A stretch of DNA of 64,000 nt, taken from an uncultured Alphaproteobacteria bacterium (lineage in GTDB: Bacteria > Pseudomonadota > Alphaproteobacteria > UBA8366 > GCA-2717185). Position numbers and translations under genes: made by a program. The stretch lies in assembly GCA_943788635.1 (NCBI GenBank), contig CALSRA010000003.1:31203-95202 (forward strand), given 5' to 3'. The notes beneath the pieces are model-generated. The model worked only from the letters and a program-made list of their open reading frames with translations, was not told the origin of the DNA and did no database searches. This document shows positions 28,471 to 39,784 of the stretch, piece by piece (within the stretch, counting starts at the first letter, position 1; every line of letters starts with the position of its first letter).

Positions 28471-30378
28471 ATGGATGACGGAACGCTCGCTACTGCCGAA
28501 GACCTCTACCGTATCGGGCGGTGGGGCGAAGGGTTTTTCGGCGTTGATGATGCCGGGCGGATGCAGGTACTGCCGGTCATCGGCAATGACACGGTACGCA
28601 TCACCATCCAGGAGGTGGTCGAGGAACTGACGGAAAAGAATGTCCAGTTCCCGATCGTGCTGCGCTTCCACGACATCCTCAAGAACCGGGTGCGGCAGAT
28701 CAACGAAAGTTTCGCGACGGCTATCACTGATGCGGAGTATGGCGGCGTCTATCGCGGTGTCTACCCGATCAAGGTCAACCAGATGCGCGAGGTCGTGGAC
28801 GAAATCGTCGATGCCGGCAAGCCGTATCACTACGGGCTGGAAGCGGGATCGAAGCCGGAACTGATGGCGGTGCTCTCCTATGATGTGGGCGATGAGGCGC
28901 TGACCATCTGCAACGGCTACAAGGACGAGGAATTCCTGCGGCTGGCCCTGCTGGGCAACAAGCTGGGCCGCAAACTCATCGTCGTGGTCGAGAAGTTTTC
29001 GGAGATCGCGCCGCTGCTGCGCCTGGCGGGCGAAATGGATGTGCGGCCGATGATCGGGCTGCGCATCAAGATGCGGGTGAAGACCGAAGGAAGGTGGAGC
29101 GGGTCGAGCGGCGAACGCGCCAAGTTTGGGCTGACGACCTCGGAAATCCTCAATGCCATCGCCTTCATCCAGGAACAGGGTTACGGCGACTGCATCCAGT
29201 TGCTGCATTTCCATATCGGCAGCCAGTTGTCCGATATTCGTTTTGTCGAGGACGCGGTGCAGGAAGCGGCCCGTATCTATGCCCGCCTCCGCAAGCGCGG
29301 CATTCCGTTGCAGTACCTCGATATCGGTGGCGGGCTGGGTGTCGACTATGACGGCAGCCGGTCGAGCGGCGATTCGTCGATGAACTATTCGCTCGCCGAA
29401 TATGCCAGCAGCGTCGTGCACAGCGTGAAGCAGATCTGCGACCTGGAAGAGGTCGATCACCCGAACCTGGTCAGCGAAAGCGGCCGCGCCGTGGTGGCGC
29501 ATCATTCCTGCGTGATCATGAAGGTGATCGGGGAGATCGCCAATGGCGCCAATGGCGTTGCGACCGACGCGGAAGAGGGCGAGCATTTCCTGGTGACGGA
29601 AATACGCGACCTCTGCGACGAACTCGCCGAGCACTGTAATTATCAGGAAGCCTGGAACCGGGCATCGCGGGTGATGGAAAGCGTGCTGGAAGGGTTCAAG
29701 CTGGGCGTTGTCCGGCTGGAGGAACTGGCCAAGGTCGAGACACTGTACTGGAAGCTGCTGCGGGCGGTCTCGGAAGGGATGAAATCGGCGGACTTCGTTC
29801 CCGAGGATCTGAAGGACATCGACGAGCTGCTGGCCTCGCAATACCTGTGCAATTTCTCGCTGTTCCAGTCGGCGGCGGACAGCTGGGCGATCGGCCAGGT
29901 GCTGCCCGTGGTGCCGCTGACCCGGCTGGACGAAACGCCGACCAACAACTGCACGCTCGCTGATATTACCTGCGACAGCGACGGCAAGATCGCGCATTTC
30001 ATCGGCGAACATGGCGAACAATCAACGGTGCCGCTGCACGAGCTGCGCCCCGGCGAGGATTACTATCTCGGCCTGTTCCTCACCGGCGCCTATCAGGATG
30101 TGATGGGCGATATGCACAACCTGTTTGGCCGGCTTAACGAGGTGCATGTCTTCTGCGACGACGAGGACCCGACCGATTTCTATATCGAGGAAGTCATCCC
30201 CGGCTCATCCGCCGGGCAGGTGCTGACCATCATGCAATACAACGCCCCCACGATGGCCAACCAGGTCAAGCGTATGATCGACGCGGAAGTCCGCAAGGGT
30301 GTCATTCGCTCCCGCGAAGGCGTCCGGATGACCGATTTCTACGAAGCGTGCCTGAACGGATATACGTATCTGAAGTGA
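28471..30378 (+). CDS. speA: Biosynthetic arginine decarboxylase
   Basis: YPIKVNQ (PLP lysine), EAGSKPEL, HFHIGSQ, ESGRA, TCDSDG and GAYQDVMGDMHNLFG; start could be 28405 or 28417. Confidence 0.95.
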   Translation: MDDGTLATAEDLYRIGRWGEGFFGVDDAGRMQVLPVIGNDTVRITIQEVVEELTEKNVQFPIVLRFHDILKNRVRQINESFATAITDAEYGGVYRGVYPIKVNQMREVVDEIVDAGKPYHYGLEAGSKPELMAVLSYDVGDEALTICNGYKDEEFLRLALLGNKLGRKLIVVVEKFSEIAPLLRLAGEMDVRPMIGLRIKMRVKTEGRWSGSSGERAKFGLTTSEILNAIAFIQEQGYGDCIQLLHFHIGSQLSDIRFVEDAVQEAARIYARLRKRGIPLQYLDIGGGLGVDYDGSRSSGDSSMNYSLAEYASSVVHSVKQICDLEEVDHPNLVSESGRAVVAHHSCVIMKVIGEIANGANGVATDAEEGEHFLVTEIRDLCDELAEHCNYQEAWNRASRVMESVLEGFKLGVVRLEELAKVETLYWKLLRAVSEGMKSADFVPEDLKDIDELLASQYLCNFSLFQSAADSWAIGQVLPVVPLTRLDETPTNNCTLADITCDSDGKIAHFIGEHGEQSTVPLHELRPGEDYYLGLFLTGAYQDVMGDMHNLFGRLNEVHVFCDDEDPTDFYIEEVIPGSSAGQVLTIMQYNAPTMANQVKRMIDAEVRKGVIRSREGVRMTDFYEACLNGYTYLK

Positions 30379-30387
30379 CCGGCGCGG

Positions 30388-31461
30388 TTATGACAGCCGG
30401 TAGGCCCTCTTTGCGGTGCCGGCGAACAGCGCCGTCTTTTCATCGGCTGAACAACCCGCCGCGATACGCTTGAACGCGTTCCAGACTGCGGCATAGGTGA
30501 CGCCCATTTTCTCCACCGGGAAGTTGCTTTCGAAGGTGCAGCGTTCTGCGCCGAACATTTCGATGGTCGGTGCAATCCATGGACCCCAAAGGTCGGCAAG
30601 TTCCTGCGATGAAACCGGCCGGGCTGCGGTGTGGTAATCGAACACGGCGAGCCGCATCAGCATACCGCCCAGCTTCATCGTGACATTCGGGCATTTCGCC
30701 AGTTCGGTCATTCCCGCCTTCCAGACCGGGAAGACCTCGTCCGTTTTGCCGGTATAGGGGCCGTAGCCCAGCGGCCCGCCGGTATGGTTGACGATGATAT
30801 TGACGTCGGGATGGGCGCGGGCGAGATCGGTGAGTTCGCCGAGCTGGGTAAAATAGACCCAGGCATCGAGCGACAGGTTCAGCGAGGTCAACACGCCAAG
30901 CCCGGTGCGGAAGTCATCGCGCGCATACAGGCCGGCACCGGTGTCAGCGTGGTGGCTGTTGCCGACGGTGGGGTTCGCGTGCCAGTTCGCCGCGTGCCGC
31001 ACCCCGCGAAAGCGCCCGCCACCCGCATGGATCATCGCTTCCAGTGGTGCCCGGGCGTCTTCGCCACGGGTGAGGTCGGTGAAGCCGACGATACCGTTCG
31101 CGGCCATGGTGGTGCCGTACTGGCCGCTTTCGCACATCGCGGCGATCCCGGCGGCGAATTCCACCTCACCGACCGCGCGCATCGCTTCCGGCCCTTTTGC
31201 CCGATACATCGATCCGCATTCGGCGAAAACCGAGCCGATAATGTTATGGCCGGTACTGGTATCCGCCAGGAAGTCCGGCAGCAGGTAGTGGCGGTTCGGC
31301 CGATCCCAGAAATGCTGGTGCGTGTCGATGATCGGCAGATCCGGATCAAGGATCTCTTCGGGTTCCGCCTTCGTCAGCCAGTCGGGGCGTAACGGGTGGA
31401 TCTGGCCATAGGCGCCGGGTACCGGCGTATCGGATAATGGGCTGCGTTCGTCGGTCATCAT
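30388..31461 (-). CDS. Amidohydrolase family protein
   Basis: IIDTHQHFWD, RFRGVRH, NHTGGP and FESNFPV motifs. Confidence 0.88.
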   Translation of the reverse strand: MMTDERSPLSDTPVPGAYGQIHPLRPDWLTKAEPEEILDPDLPIIDTHQHFWDRPNRHYLLPDFLADTSTGHNIIGSVFAECGSMYRAKGPEAMRAVGEVEFAAGIAAMCESGQYGTTMAANGIVGFTDLTRGEDARAPLEAMIHAGGGRFRGVRHAANWHANPTVGNSHHADTGAGLYARDDFRTGLGVLTSLNLSLDAWVYFTQLGELTDLARAHPDVNIIVNHTGGPLGYGPYTGKTDEVFPVWKAGMTELAKCPNVTMKLGGMLMRLAVFDYHTAARPVSSQELADLWGPWIAPTIEMFGAERCTFESNFPVEKMGVTYAAVWNAFKRIAAGCSADEKTALFAGTAKRAYRLS

Positions 31462-31577
31462 GTGTTCCCCCGGCGGAATTGATTGCGCGGAACGGTAGTG
31501 GCTGGCGTGGCTTGCCGCAAGCCGGGCCGCACCGGTACAGTTCCCGCACGAACCCTCCCACCGTATGAGGCCAAGCC

Positions 31578-33116
31578 ATGATTGATCCCCGCACTCCCAT
31601 CCTTGTCGGCTGCGGCCAGGTGACCGACCTGGAAACCCCGCCGGAAAAGGGCCAGTCGGCCATCGACATGATCGAACGCGCGGCGCGGCTGGCGGCGGCG
31701 GATACGGGTGCCGGCGACGCGGTCCTGAACGGGCTCGATTCACTGTGCATCCTGCGGCTCTACACGGATACGAGCTGGCGCTTCGAATCGCCCTTCGGCC
31801 GTTGCAACAATCCTCCGGCGGCGGTGGCCAAACGGCTTGGTACCGCGCCGGGGCGGCTGCAATACACCTCGCCCGGCGGGAATATGCCGCAATACATGGT
31901 CAACCGCACGGCGGAGGAAATCGCGCGCGGTGAGATCGAGATGGCGCTGATCGGCGGCGGCGAGGCGCTGCGCACCCAGCGCGGGGCGCGCAAGGCCGGG
32001 ATCGAGATCGACTGGAATGAGGAAGCCGAGGGCGCATACGAGGAGCTGGGCGACATGCGCCCCGGCGTCAATGACTACGAAATGCGCCACGGCATGCGCG
32101 CGCCGATCTTCAACTACCCGCTGTTCGAAAACGCTATCCGCGCCGACCGGGGCCGGGGCGCCGCCGAACACCAGCAGGCCATCGGCAATCTGCTGGCGGG
32201 CTATGCAAAGGTCGCCCACGACAACCCGCTGGCGGTGCGGCGCGAAGGATTCACGGCGGAACAGATCGCCACGGTGTCGGCGGATAACCGGTATATCGGC
32301 TTCCCCTATACGCGGTTGATGAATTCCAACCCCTATATCGACCAGTCGGCGGCGGTGATCATGACCAGCGTCGGCAAGGCGCGGGAACTGGGCATCGACC
32401 CGTCAAAATGGGTTTACCTGCATGGCTGTGGCGATGGCTGGGACCACTGGTGGCTTACCGAACGGGTGAACTACCATTCCTCCCCCGCGATCCGTACCGT
32501 GGGCGGGCCGGGCCTTCGGCATGGCCGGCAAGACCCCGGCGGATATGGATTTCCTCGACCTGTACAGCTGCTTCCCGGCGGCGATCCAGATCGGCGCGCA
32601 GGAAATCGGTATTGCGGAGGACGACCCGCGCGGGCTGACGGTGACGGGCGGACTGCCGTTCTTTGGCGGGCCGGGCAACAATTACGTCACCCATTCCATC
32701 GCCGAGATGATGAACAAGGTACGCGGCAAGCCCGGCAGCTTCGGGCTGTGCACGGCGAACGGCCATAACGTGACCAAACACGGCGCCGGTATCTATTCGA
32801 CGACGCCGAACCGAAGGTTCCTGGCAGCGCGAAGACCCGGCATTGGGGCAGGCGGGAAATCGACGCCATGCCCAAACCGCCGCTGACCGAGCAGGCCAAC
32901 GGCGCGGCCCGGATCGAAACCTGGACGGTGATGCACCGCCCGGACGGCCCGGAACTCGGCATCGTCATCGGCCGGCTGGACGAAGGAAACGTGCGCTTCG
33001 TCGCCAATACGCCGTCAGATATGGCGACCCTGATGGAGCTGCAGGAAAACGGCGATGTGGGACGGCCGGGCATGGTGACCCATACGGACGGGCAGAACGT
33101 GTTTGTGCCGGGGTAG
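31578..33116 (+). CDS. Thiolase-like acetyl-CoA acetyltransferase; frameshifts near 32500-32510 and 32810-32860
   Basis: DPRTPILVGCGQ, GGNMPQ, DLYSCFP, LTVTGGLPFFGGPGNNY and IETWTV spread over three ORF frames. Confidence 0.85.
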
Positions 33117-33175
33117 GGCTTGTTTTTATTCGCAAACCGTCGTCGCAGATTTACGCAATCTGCTAGGGGTTTGCT

Positions 33176-34835
33176 TCAGTGCCCCGCCGCCCAAAATCCC
33201 CGTCTTTACGTTGTAATCGACGGCGATGCCGTAATTCGGGTCGTCGTCTGAATCGACGATGAGCTGCCCGGCGCGGTTCAGCAGCTGGTGGCAGTCATGC
33301 GACAGGTGGCGGAGCTGCAACGATTTGCCTTCCGCCTCGTAGCGCATGGCGAGCGCCTCGATTGCCTGCAGGGCGGACTGGTCGACGACGCGGCTTTCAT
33401 CGAAATCGACGATGACGGCGGCGCGGGGTCTTCGGCCGGTTTGAAGAATTCTGCGAAGCCGTCGGTCGAACCGAAGAACAGCGGCCCCTCGATCTGGTAG
33501 ACCTTGGCGCCTTCGGGCGTGATATGGGTGCGGGCGTGGATTCGGGTCGCGTTGTTCCAGGCATAGGCCAGCGCGGAGACGATGACGCCGACCACGACCG
33601 CGACGGCCAGGTCGGCTGCCACCCGTGACGATGGTCACCAGGAACATCACCAGCGCGTCGGTGAGTGGGATGCGCTTCAGGATCGTGACACTTTGCCAGG
33701 CAAAGGTACCGATGACGACCATGAACATCACGCCGACCAGGGCTGCCAGCGGGATCTGCTCGATCAGACTGGAGGCAACGAGGATGAAGACCAGCAGGAA
33801 CAGCGCGGCGGAAATGCCGGACATGCGGGTGCGGCCGCCGGATTTCATGTTGATCATCGATTGGCCGATCATGGCGCAGCCGCCCATGCCGCCGAAGAAT
33901 CCGGGGTGACGGTGTTGGACACGCCCTGGGCGATGCATTCCTGCGAGGCGCCGCCGCTCTTGCCGGTGATTTCGCCGACGAGGTTGAGCGTCAGCAGGCT
34001 TTCGATCAGCCCGATGGCGGCGAGGATCGCGGCATAGGGGAAGATGATCCGCAAGGTTTCCAGCGTCAGCGGGACCATGGGAATATGGAAGTCCCGGCAA
34101 ACCGCCCTTGATTGAGGCGAGGTCGCCGACGCGCGGCACATCGATACCGAACGCAATGACGATGGCAACGACCACGAGGATGCCCGCCAGTGGCGCGGGG
34201 ATGACAGTGGTGATCTTGGGGACGAGCCAGATGATGGCCATGGTCAGCGCGACCAGTCCCAGCATGTAGATCAGGGGCCAGCCGGTCATCCAGACCTTGA
34301 CGCCGTCCGGTCCCGGTACCTGGAACTGGGTCAGCTGGGCCAGGAAAATGACGATGGCCAGCCCGTTGACAAAGCCCATCATCACCGGATGCGGCACCAG
34401 CCGGATGAATTTGCCGAGATGAAAAACCCCGGCGAGGATCTGCATGATCCCCATCAGCACGACGGTGGCGAACAGGTATTCGACCCCATGCGCCGCGACC
34501 AGCGCGACCATTACCACGGCCAGCGCGCCGGTTGCGCCGGAGATCATGCCCGGCCGTCCGCCGATCAGCGCGGTGATCAGCCCGACGATGAACGCGGCGT
34601 ATAGTCCGACCAGCGGATGAACCCCGGCAACGAAGGCAAAGGCGACCGCTTCCGGCACCAGCGCCAGCGCGACGGTCAGGCCGGACAGGATTTCGGTTTT
34701 GATGCGGCCAAAGGAATAGGCCGGCGCGCCATCGTCGTCATTGGTCGTAAAGCCGTCGGCGAATGCCGCTAGCGTTGCTCTGATCACTGGATTTTGCCCG
34801 TGTTTGGGGGGGGAATGGAAATATGGGGTGTTCAT
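33176..34835 (-). CDS. SulP family inorganic anion transporter with STAS domain; several frameshifts
   Basis: [41 protein letters not shown] and GPLFFGS motifs, found in different frames. Confidence 0.9.
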
Positions 34836-34976
34836 AGAGCATTGCCCTGTGATTGCAAAAACAAACGACACCGGGTTCTTATCGCGAATTTGGTTTACAT
34901 CCGGTAAGGATTGTCTATTCCAGTGATATTGCCGGTATTGGCACAAACCGTCTCACAAGCCAGGGATAGACGACGC

Positions 34977-36162
34977 ATGAAGACGTACATCATATCGCTT
35001 CGGATCGCGGTGGCGTTCTGGTTGCTGCTGGTGCCGATTCGTACGGCGGTGGCGGCCTTGCCGGCACCCGAAGACAGCTATCTGGCCGGCTATGTCTCCG
35101 CCATTGTGGTGCGGGAGTTCGAAATCGCCAATCCGGCGGTGACGGTTACCGGCGGCTTCGTGATTATCCGGGCGTCTGCGCTGACGGAGATTGAACGGGA
35201 TCGACTGAAAACGGCGATCGCGGAATTGAACGGGGTGATCGCGGTACGGATCGAATCCGGTGCCGCGGCCGAGATGCTGTCCAAATCGTCGTCGGTGGCG
35301 AAGACGGCGTCGCCCGTTACCACCGGGGAATCCGAAAAGGCGAAGACTGTACCGGCATTGCCCGAAGACGCGCGCGGGCTGGAACCGCTGCCGGGTGGCC
35401 GGTTGTTCAACCCGCTATGGGCGGATCCCCGCTGGGCGCATTTTTCCGCCGCCTACAATAATTATCTGGGCGATGAAGAAATAAACGATGTCGGGTGCCG
35501 TCAGTTTCGGTGAATCGTTCGGATTGCTGGGTGGTAGTGCCGGTACACATGGCCGCTGGCAGATCGACTTTCAGGCAGCCGTCTTTGGTGTTTTCGACCT
35601 CAACGCGGAATCCAAGGATCTGGTCAATGCGGATTACTGGGTCGGCATCCCGGTCAGTTACCGGAACGGTAATTTTTCGGCCATGGCGCGGGTCTTTCAC
35701 CAGAGCTCGCATCTGGGCGATGAGTTTCTGCTGCGTCGTCAGAATATCGACCGGGTTAATCTGAGCTATGAATCGATTGACCTGAAAACGTCGTATGAGT
35801 TCGATAACGGGTTCCGTCTGTATGGCGGTGCGGGTTACCTGTTCCACCGGGAGCCGGCTGACCTGGAACCATGGTCGACCCAGATCGGTACGGAATATGC
35901 CTTTCCCATGACCTATAAGCTGCCGTTCTTCGGCACGGCGCTGCGCCCGGTTGCCGCGGCGGACCTGCAGAACCGGCAGGAAAACAACTGGCGCGCCGAC
36001 CTGTCGCTGCGCGGCGGAATCCAGTTCGAAAACCCGGTCGCGAAAAGTCAGCAGGTGCAGTTGATGATGCTGGAATACTTCAACGGTCGCAGCCCGAATG
36101 GCCAGTTTTATGATCGTGCCATCGAATATGTCGGGCTGGGGATGCACGTATATCTGGATTGA
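34977..36162 (+). CDS. DUF1207-like outer-membrane protein; frameshift at 35493-35495
   Basis: Signal peptide, FNPLWADPR, DLVNADYWVG, FHQSSHLGDEFLL and EYFNGRSPNGQFY; beta-strand C-terminus. Confidence 0.8.
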
Positions 36163-36174
36163 TCAGTGTTCGTG

Positions 36175-36260
36175 CCAGGTGATCTTCATCACCAGCATTC
36201 CCAGGTGATCTTCATCACCAGCATTCCCAGTGATCTTCATCACCAGCATTCCCAGGTGAT
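36175..36260. repeat. Tandem repeat, about 3.3 copies of a 26-bp unit
   Basis: CCAGGTGATCTTCATCACCAGCATTC at 36175 and 36201, a copy missing one G at 36227, and a partial copy at 36252. Confidence 0.95.
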
Positions 36261-37346
36261 GTCGAGCGGGGCGAGGGCATCAAGGTATTCGTCCAGGGTG
36301 ATGAATCCGACGCAGGGGAAGGCGCCTGCTTCGCTGATTTCCGAGCGCGCGAGCTTCCGGGCCAGCAGGATAGCCGGCATACACGGAATATACGGACCAT
36401 CGCCAGACCGGGCGGTGAGTTCGAAATGGGTGGTCTTGCGGGTGCCGTCTTCGGTGAGGCCGGACAGGTCCATGTGAAAGGCGCTGTCGGCGCTTCCCAG
36501 GCGGTCAAACAACCGGGCCGCTTTCAGGAGCATCGGTGCGAGGCGCGTCAAGTGTCGAACCAGACCAAAGCGGACCAGCCAGGAAATGCCCCATAAGCCG
36601 AGATGCAGAAACGGGATTTCGAGCCTGGCGCGGAACCGGATTGATTTCAATGTGGGGTAACGCCGGGGAAACAGGGTCAGGTCCGGAATATCGCATTGGC
36701 CCAGCAAGCGGCTGCCGAGCTCGCGGTAGCGCCGCCGGGTCAGACCCTGCCATCCGTAGATGCGCCGCAATTCCCCGTCGACCAGCGTTTCGAACGGGGT
36801 GCCCACATAGGTCAGGATCGCGGCTGTGGTCGCCAGTCCGCGGTTGGTTTGCTGTGCCGTTGCGATGCCGTAATCGAGGGTGTCCAGAACGTCGAATGCC
36901 GCGCCGTAATGGTCGGCCAGCGCCGCGGTCAGGCAGGGGACGGAACTGGCCCCGCTGATGGCGGTGACGTCCTGCTGCGACGCGCTGTCGTGCAGGCGGC
37001 TAATATTGCAGACGAATTCGCGGCCATCTGCCAGGTCGATATAGTGGCAGCCCTGCGCGATGCAGGCTTCGGCGACCGTGTATCCCTGTCCCTGAAAGGG
37101 GCCGGAGGTATGGATGACGATATCCGGCGCGATGCGGCGCAGCGCCGATGCGATATCGGTGGTGATATCCAGTGCTGTGGGCATGACCGGATTGCCCGCA
37201 TCGGTGATGGTCCCGCAAAATTCCTGCGCCCGGGCAAGCGACCGCCCTGCGACGATGATTTCCATATCAGGTTCGCGGGCCAGCGTTCTGGCGATGAAGC
37301 CGCCGAAATTGCCGTATCCGCCGATGATGAGAACGCGCGCCGTCAT
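36240..37346 (-). CDS. Saccharopine dehydrogenase-like NAD(P)-binding protein
   Basis: IIGGYGNFG, HTSGPFQGQ, HYIDLAD and SGASSVP motifs. Confidence 0.85.
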   Translation of the reverse strand: MTARVLIIGGYGNFGGFIARTLAREPDMEIIVAGRSLARAQEFCGTITDAGNPVMPTALDITTDIASALRRIAPDIVIHTSGPFQGQGYTVAEACIAQGCHYIDLADGREFVCNISRLHDSASQQDVTAISGASSVPCLTAALADHYGAAFDVLDTLDYGIATAQQTNRGLATTAAILTYVGTPFETLVDGELRRIYGWQGLTRRRYRELGSRLLGQCDIPDLTLFPRRYPTLKSIRFRARLEIPFLHLGLWGISWLVRFGLVRHLTRLAPMLLKAARLFDRLGSADSAFHMDLSGLTEDGTRKTTHFELTARSGDGPYIPCMPAILLARKLARSEISEAGAFPCVGFITLDEYLDALAPLDITWECW

Positions 37347-38362
37347 GTCAGTTGCATCTTGGTGATTGTGAACCGGCCGGCATAGCCGTAGGTGCTGCCC
37401 CATCGGGGATGGGTGATTTCCATGTGCATATCGAAGGTGTCGTCATCGACCGCAGTTTCTTCCGCATGCCCGCGACCGAACAGGGGTTCGAGCGGCAACG
37501 GGATATCGTGGCTGCAGAAGCGCAGGATAAACCCTTTGTGGCGCAGGACGACCTTGTCGTTCTCCCAGGTATACGCCGCGCGCCAGCCGAGACCGAAGGG
37601 CATGATCTCGACCATCTCATTGCCGCCACGCGGGAGCAGGCGGGAGTGAAACCGGTAAGGCTCGCGGCCCTGAAAGCGGAAGACCCGGTTGAAGTGAAAA
37701 GCGGGTGTGTCGCGGTCACTCTCAAACCGGACTGTCGCCGGAACGTCGCGCGTCGTGAACGGGGGAATGCCGCCCATCAGGGCCAGCACCGGGCTGAGCA
37801 GTCGTATCGGGCGCCGGCGGCGTGGGTGTCGAGAACGCCATCGACGGTCACGATATCGTCGCTATAGGGCCGGTTGGCGTAATGTTTGTGAAATACCGGC
37901 GGCAGGGCTTCCCAATCGGCGCCGAAGATATCCGAAAAAAAGCGGGCGGTCCGCGCGGCCGAGGTTGTCAATTCTGCCGATACGCCGCCGCCGCAGCAGC
38001 GCGTTACGGACGCCGCGCATCCAGGGGTACAGGACGGCGGCAAGCGTATCCGACCAGAACAGCGCCTTGTTGAACAGGTTGAAGGCGCCGCGGGGCGCGC
38101 CGTGCCGGGCCATGAATTTCAGCGCGCTGGGGCCATGATAGAACTGGCCCTGATGGTAGATGACCATGCTCTGGTCGAGGTCGAAGCCGCGGCGGCGAAT
38201 TTCCTGCAGCAGCGGGTCTTCCACCGCGCTGCGGGCATCCAGCGTGTACAATGCCCCGAATCGCTGGCGGATCTGCAGTGCCTGCGCGGCTGCGTTGCAG
38301 ATCGGGCAGTCACCGTCATAGACAAACCAGACACCGTCTTCCTTGCCCGGTATCCCGGTCAT
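37343..38362 (-). CDS. DCC1-like (DUF393) thiol-disulfide oxidoreductase apparently fused to DUF4166; frameshifted
   Basis: VYDGDCPIC N-terminus; removing one base from the A7 run at 37935-37941 continues into SDIFGADWEALPP; C-terminal ITHPRWGSTYGYAGRF. Confidence 0.7.
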
Positions 38363-38826
38363 GCCGGCTTCACGACCATGAGTCCGAACATGGCGATGAC
38401 CGCGGCGAAGGCGGGTATGCCCAGCAGAAACCAGATACGAAAGAGGCGGTGGTGCCGGTCGGGCAGGGCGGTGCCGTGTTCAAGGCTGGCGGCCGTCATG
38501 GTTTTCAACTGGATCTGGATCCAGACCACGGGCAACCAGCAGATGCCGGAGAGAGCGAACAGCGCATAGGTCGCGACCAGCCAGAATTCGCCGGGGTCGA
38601 ACCCGCCAGCATGGATCAGCCAGAAACCCGTCAGCGGCTGTACGATGACAGCGGGCAGAGTGAAAATGTAATCCGCCGCGACAGTGTAACGGGCGGCAAA
38701 AAGCCGTTCCTGCAGGCTCTCCGCCGCCCGGGATCGCCACATGAAGAAGGCGATCCCCATCCCTGTTCCGAACAGAACCGAAGCACTGACGATATGCGCT
38801 GTCTTGACGGCAAGATACCAGTCCAT
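38359..38826 (-). CDS. DUF2269 family membrane protein
   Basis: KTAHIVSASVLFGTGMG, QPLTG, CWLPVVWIQ and C-terminal LMVVKP. Confidence 0.88.
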   Translation of the reverse strand: MDWYLAVKTAHIVSASVLFGTGMGIAFFMWRSRAAESLQERLFAARYTVAADYIFTLPAVIVQPLTGFWLIHAGGFDPGEFWLVATYALFALSGICWLPVVWIQIQLKTMTAASLEHGTALPDRHHRLFRIWFLLGIPAFAAVIAMFGLMVVKPA

Positions 38827-38905
38827 GGCGCTAACATATCATGGAAGTGGTGAAACCATGACCGGGGAACGGCTTTGTAATGTCCGGAACATTGCCTCGC
38901 GCCGG

Positions 38906-39628
38906 TCAGTACATATGCTGGCCGCCATTGATCGACAGGGTCGAGCCGGTGACGAAACCGGCATCGTCGGCGACGAGGAACATGACGCCGCGGGCGATGT
39001 CATCTGCTGTGCCCAGTCGGCCGACCGGGATGCGTTCCACGATCTTTTCCAGAATATTCGGCGGGACGGAGCGGACCATGTCTGTATCGACATAGCCGGG
39101 CGCGACGGCATTAACCGTGACGCCGACGCCGGCGCCTTCCTGGGCCAGCGCCTTGGTGAAGCCGTGGATGCCGGATTTGGCGGCAGCGTAATTGACCTGG
39201 CCGTATTGGCCCGCCTGACCGTTGATCGAACCGACATTGACAATGCGACCGAATTTGCGTTCGCGCATGCCATGGATAACCGCGTGGCACATGTTGAAGC
39301 ATGACCCCAGATTGGTATCGATAACCGCCTGCCATTTTTTATGGTCCATCCGGTGCAGCGTGCCGTCGCGGGTAATCCCGGCGTTGTTGACCAGCACGTC
39401 GACGGGGCCGTGATCGTCCACGACCTTGGCCACACCGGCTTCGCAGGATTCGAAATCGCTGACATCGACCTTGTAAACCGCGATGCCGGTTTGCGTGCTG
39501 AAGGCGGCGGCGGCGTCGTCATTGCTGGCGTAGAACGCCGCGACGCTGTACCCGCTGTCCTTGAGGGTTGTGCTGATCGCGGCGCCGATGCCGCGTGTCC
39601 CGCCCGTTACGATTGCTACGCGTGCCAA
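38906..39628 (-). CDS. phbB: Acetoacetyl-CoA reductase
   Basis: TGGTRGIG, NNAGITRD, GQYGQVNYAAAKSG and STLSINGGQHM; TTG start with GGAG RBS. Confidence 0.93.
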   Translation of the reverse strand: MARVAIVTGGTRGIGAAISTTLKDSGYSVAAFYASNDDAAAAFSTQTGIAVYKVDVSDFESCEAGVAKVVDDHGPVDVLVNNAGITRDGTLHRMDHKKWQAVIDTNLGSCFNMCHAVIHGMRERKFGRIVNVGSINGQAGQYGQVNYAAAKSGIHGFTKALAQEGAGVGVTVNAVAPGYVDTDMVRSVPPNILEKIVERIPVGRLGTADDIARGVMFLVADDAGFVTGSTLSINGGQHMY

Positions 39629-39784
39629 GTTCGTCTCCTTTTGTCCCAAATCTGCGGTTCGGCACCATGGTGCCGGATGCCATTATTCATTGGCGGTTAT
39701 AACCTTGCCGGCATTGATGTCGCGCAAGTAATTTGCATTTTTATCCGGTAATTCGGCATAGGCCGTGCCGGCATGTCGGACCGG

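Noticed and set aside
27316-30378. speA/speB as putrescine supply for the aGPT-Pplase-like enzyme
   Set aside because: They lie over 11 kb from the island, have host-like GC and are separated by unrelated genes; the link rests only on the family name.
36175-36260. Possible CRISPR array (palindromic ~26-bp repeats)
   Set aside because: The units are directly adjacent with no unique spacers, and there are no cas genes in the window.
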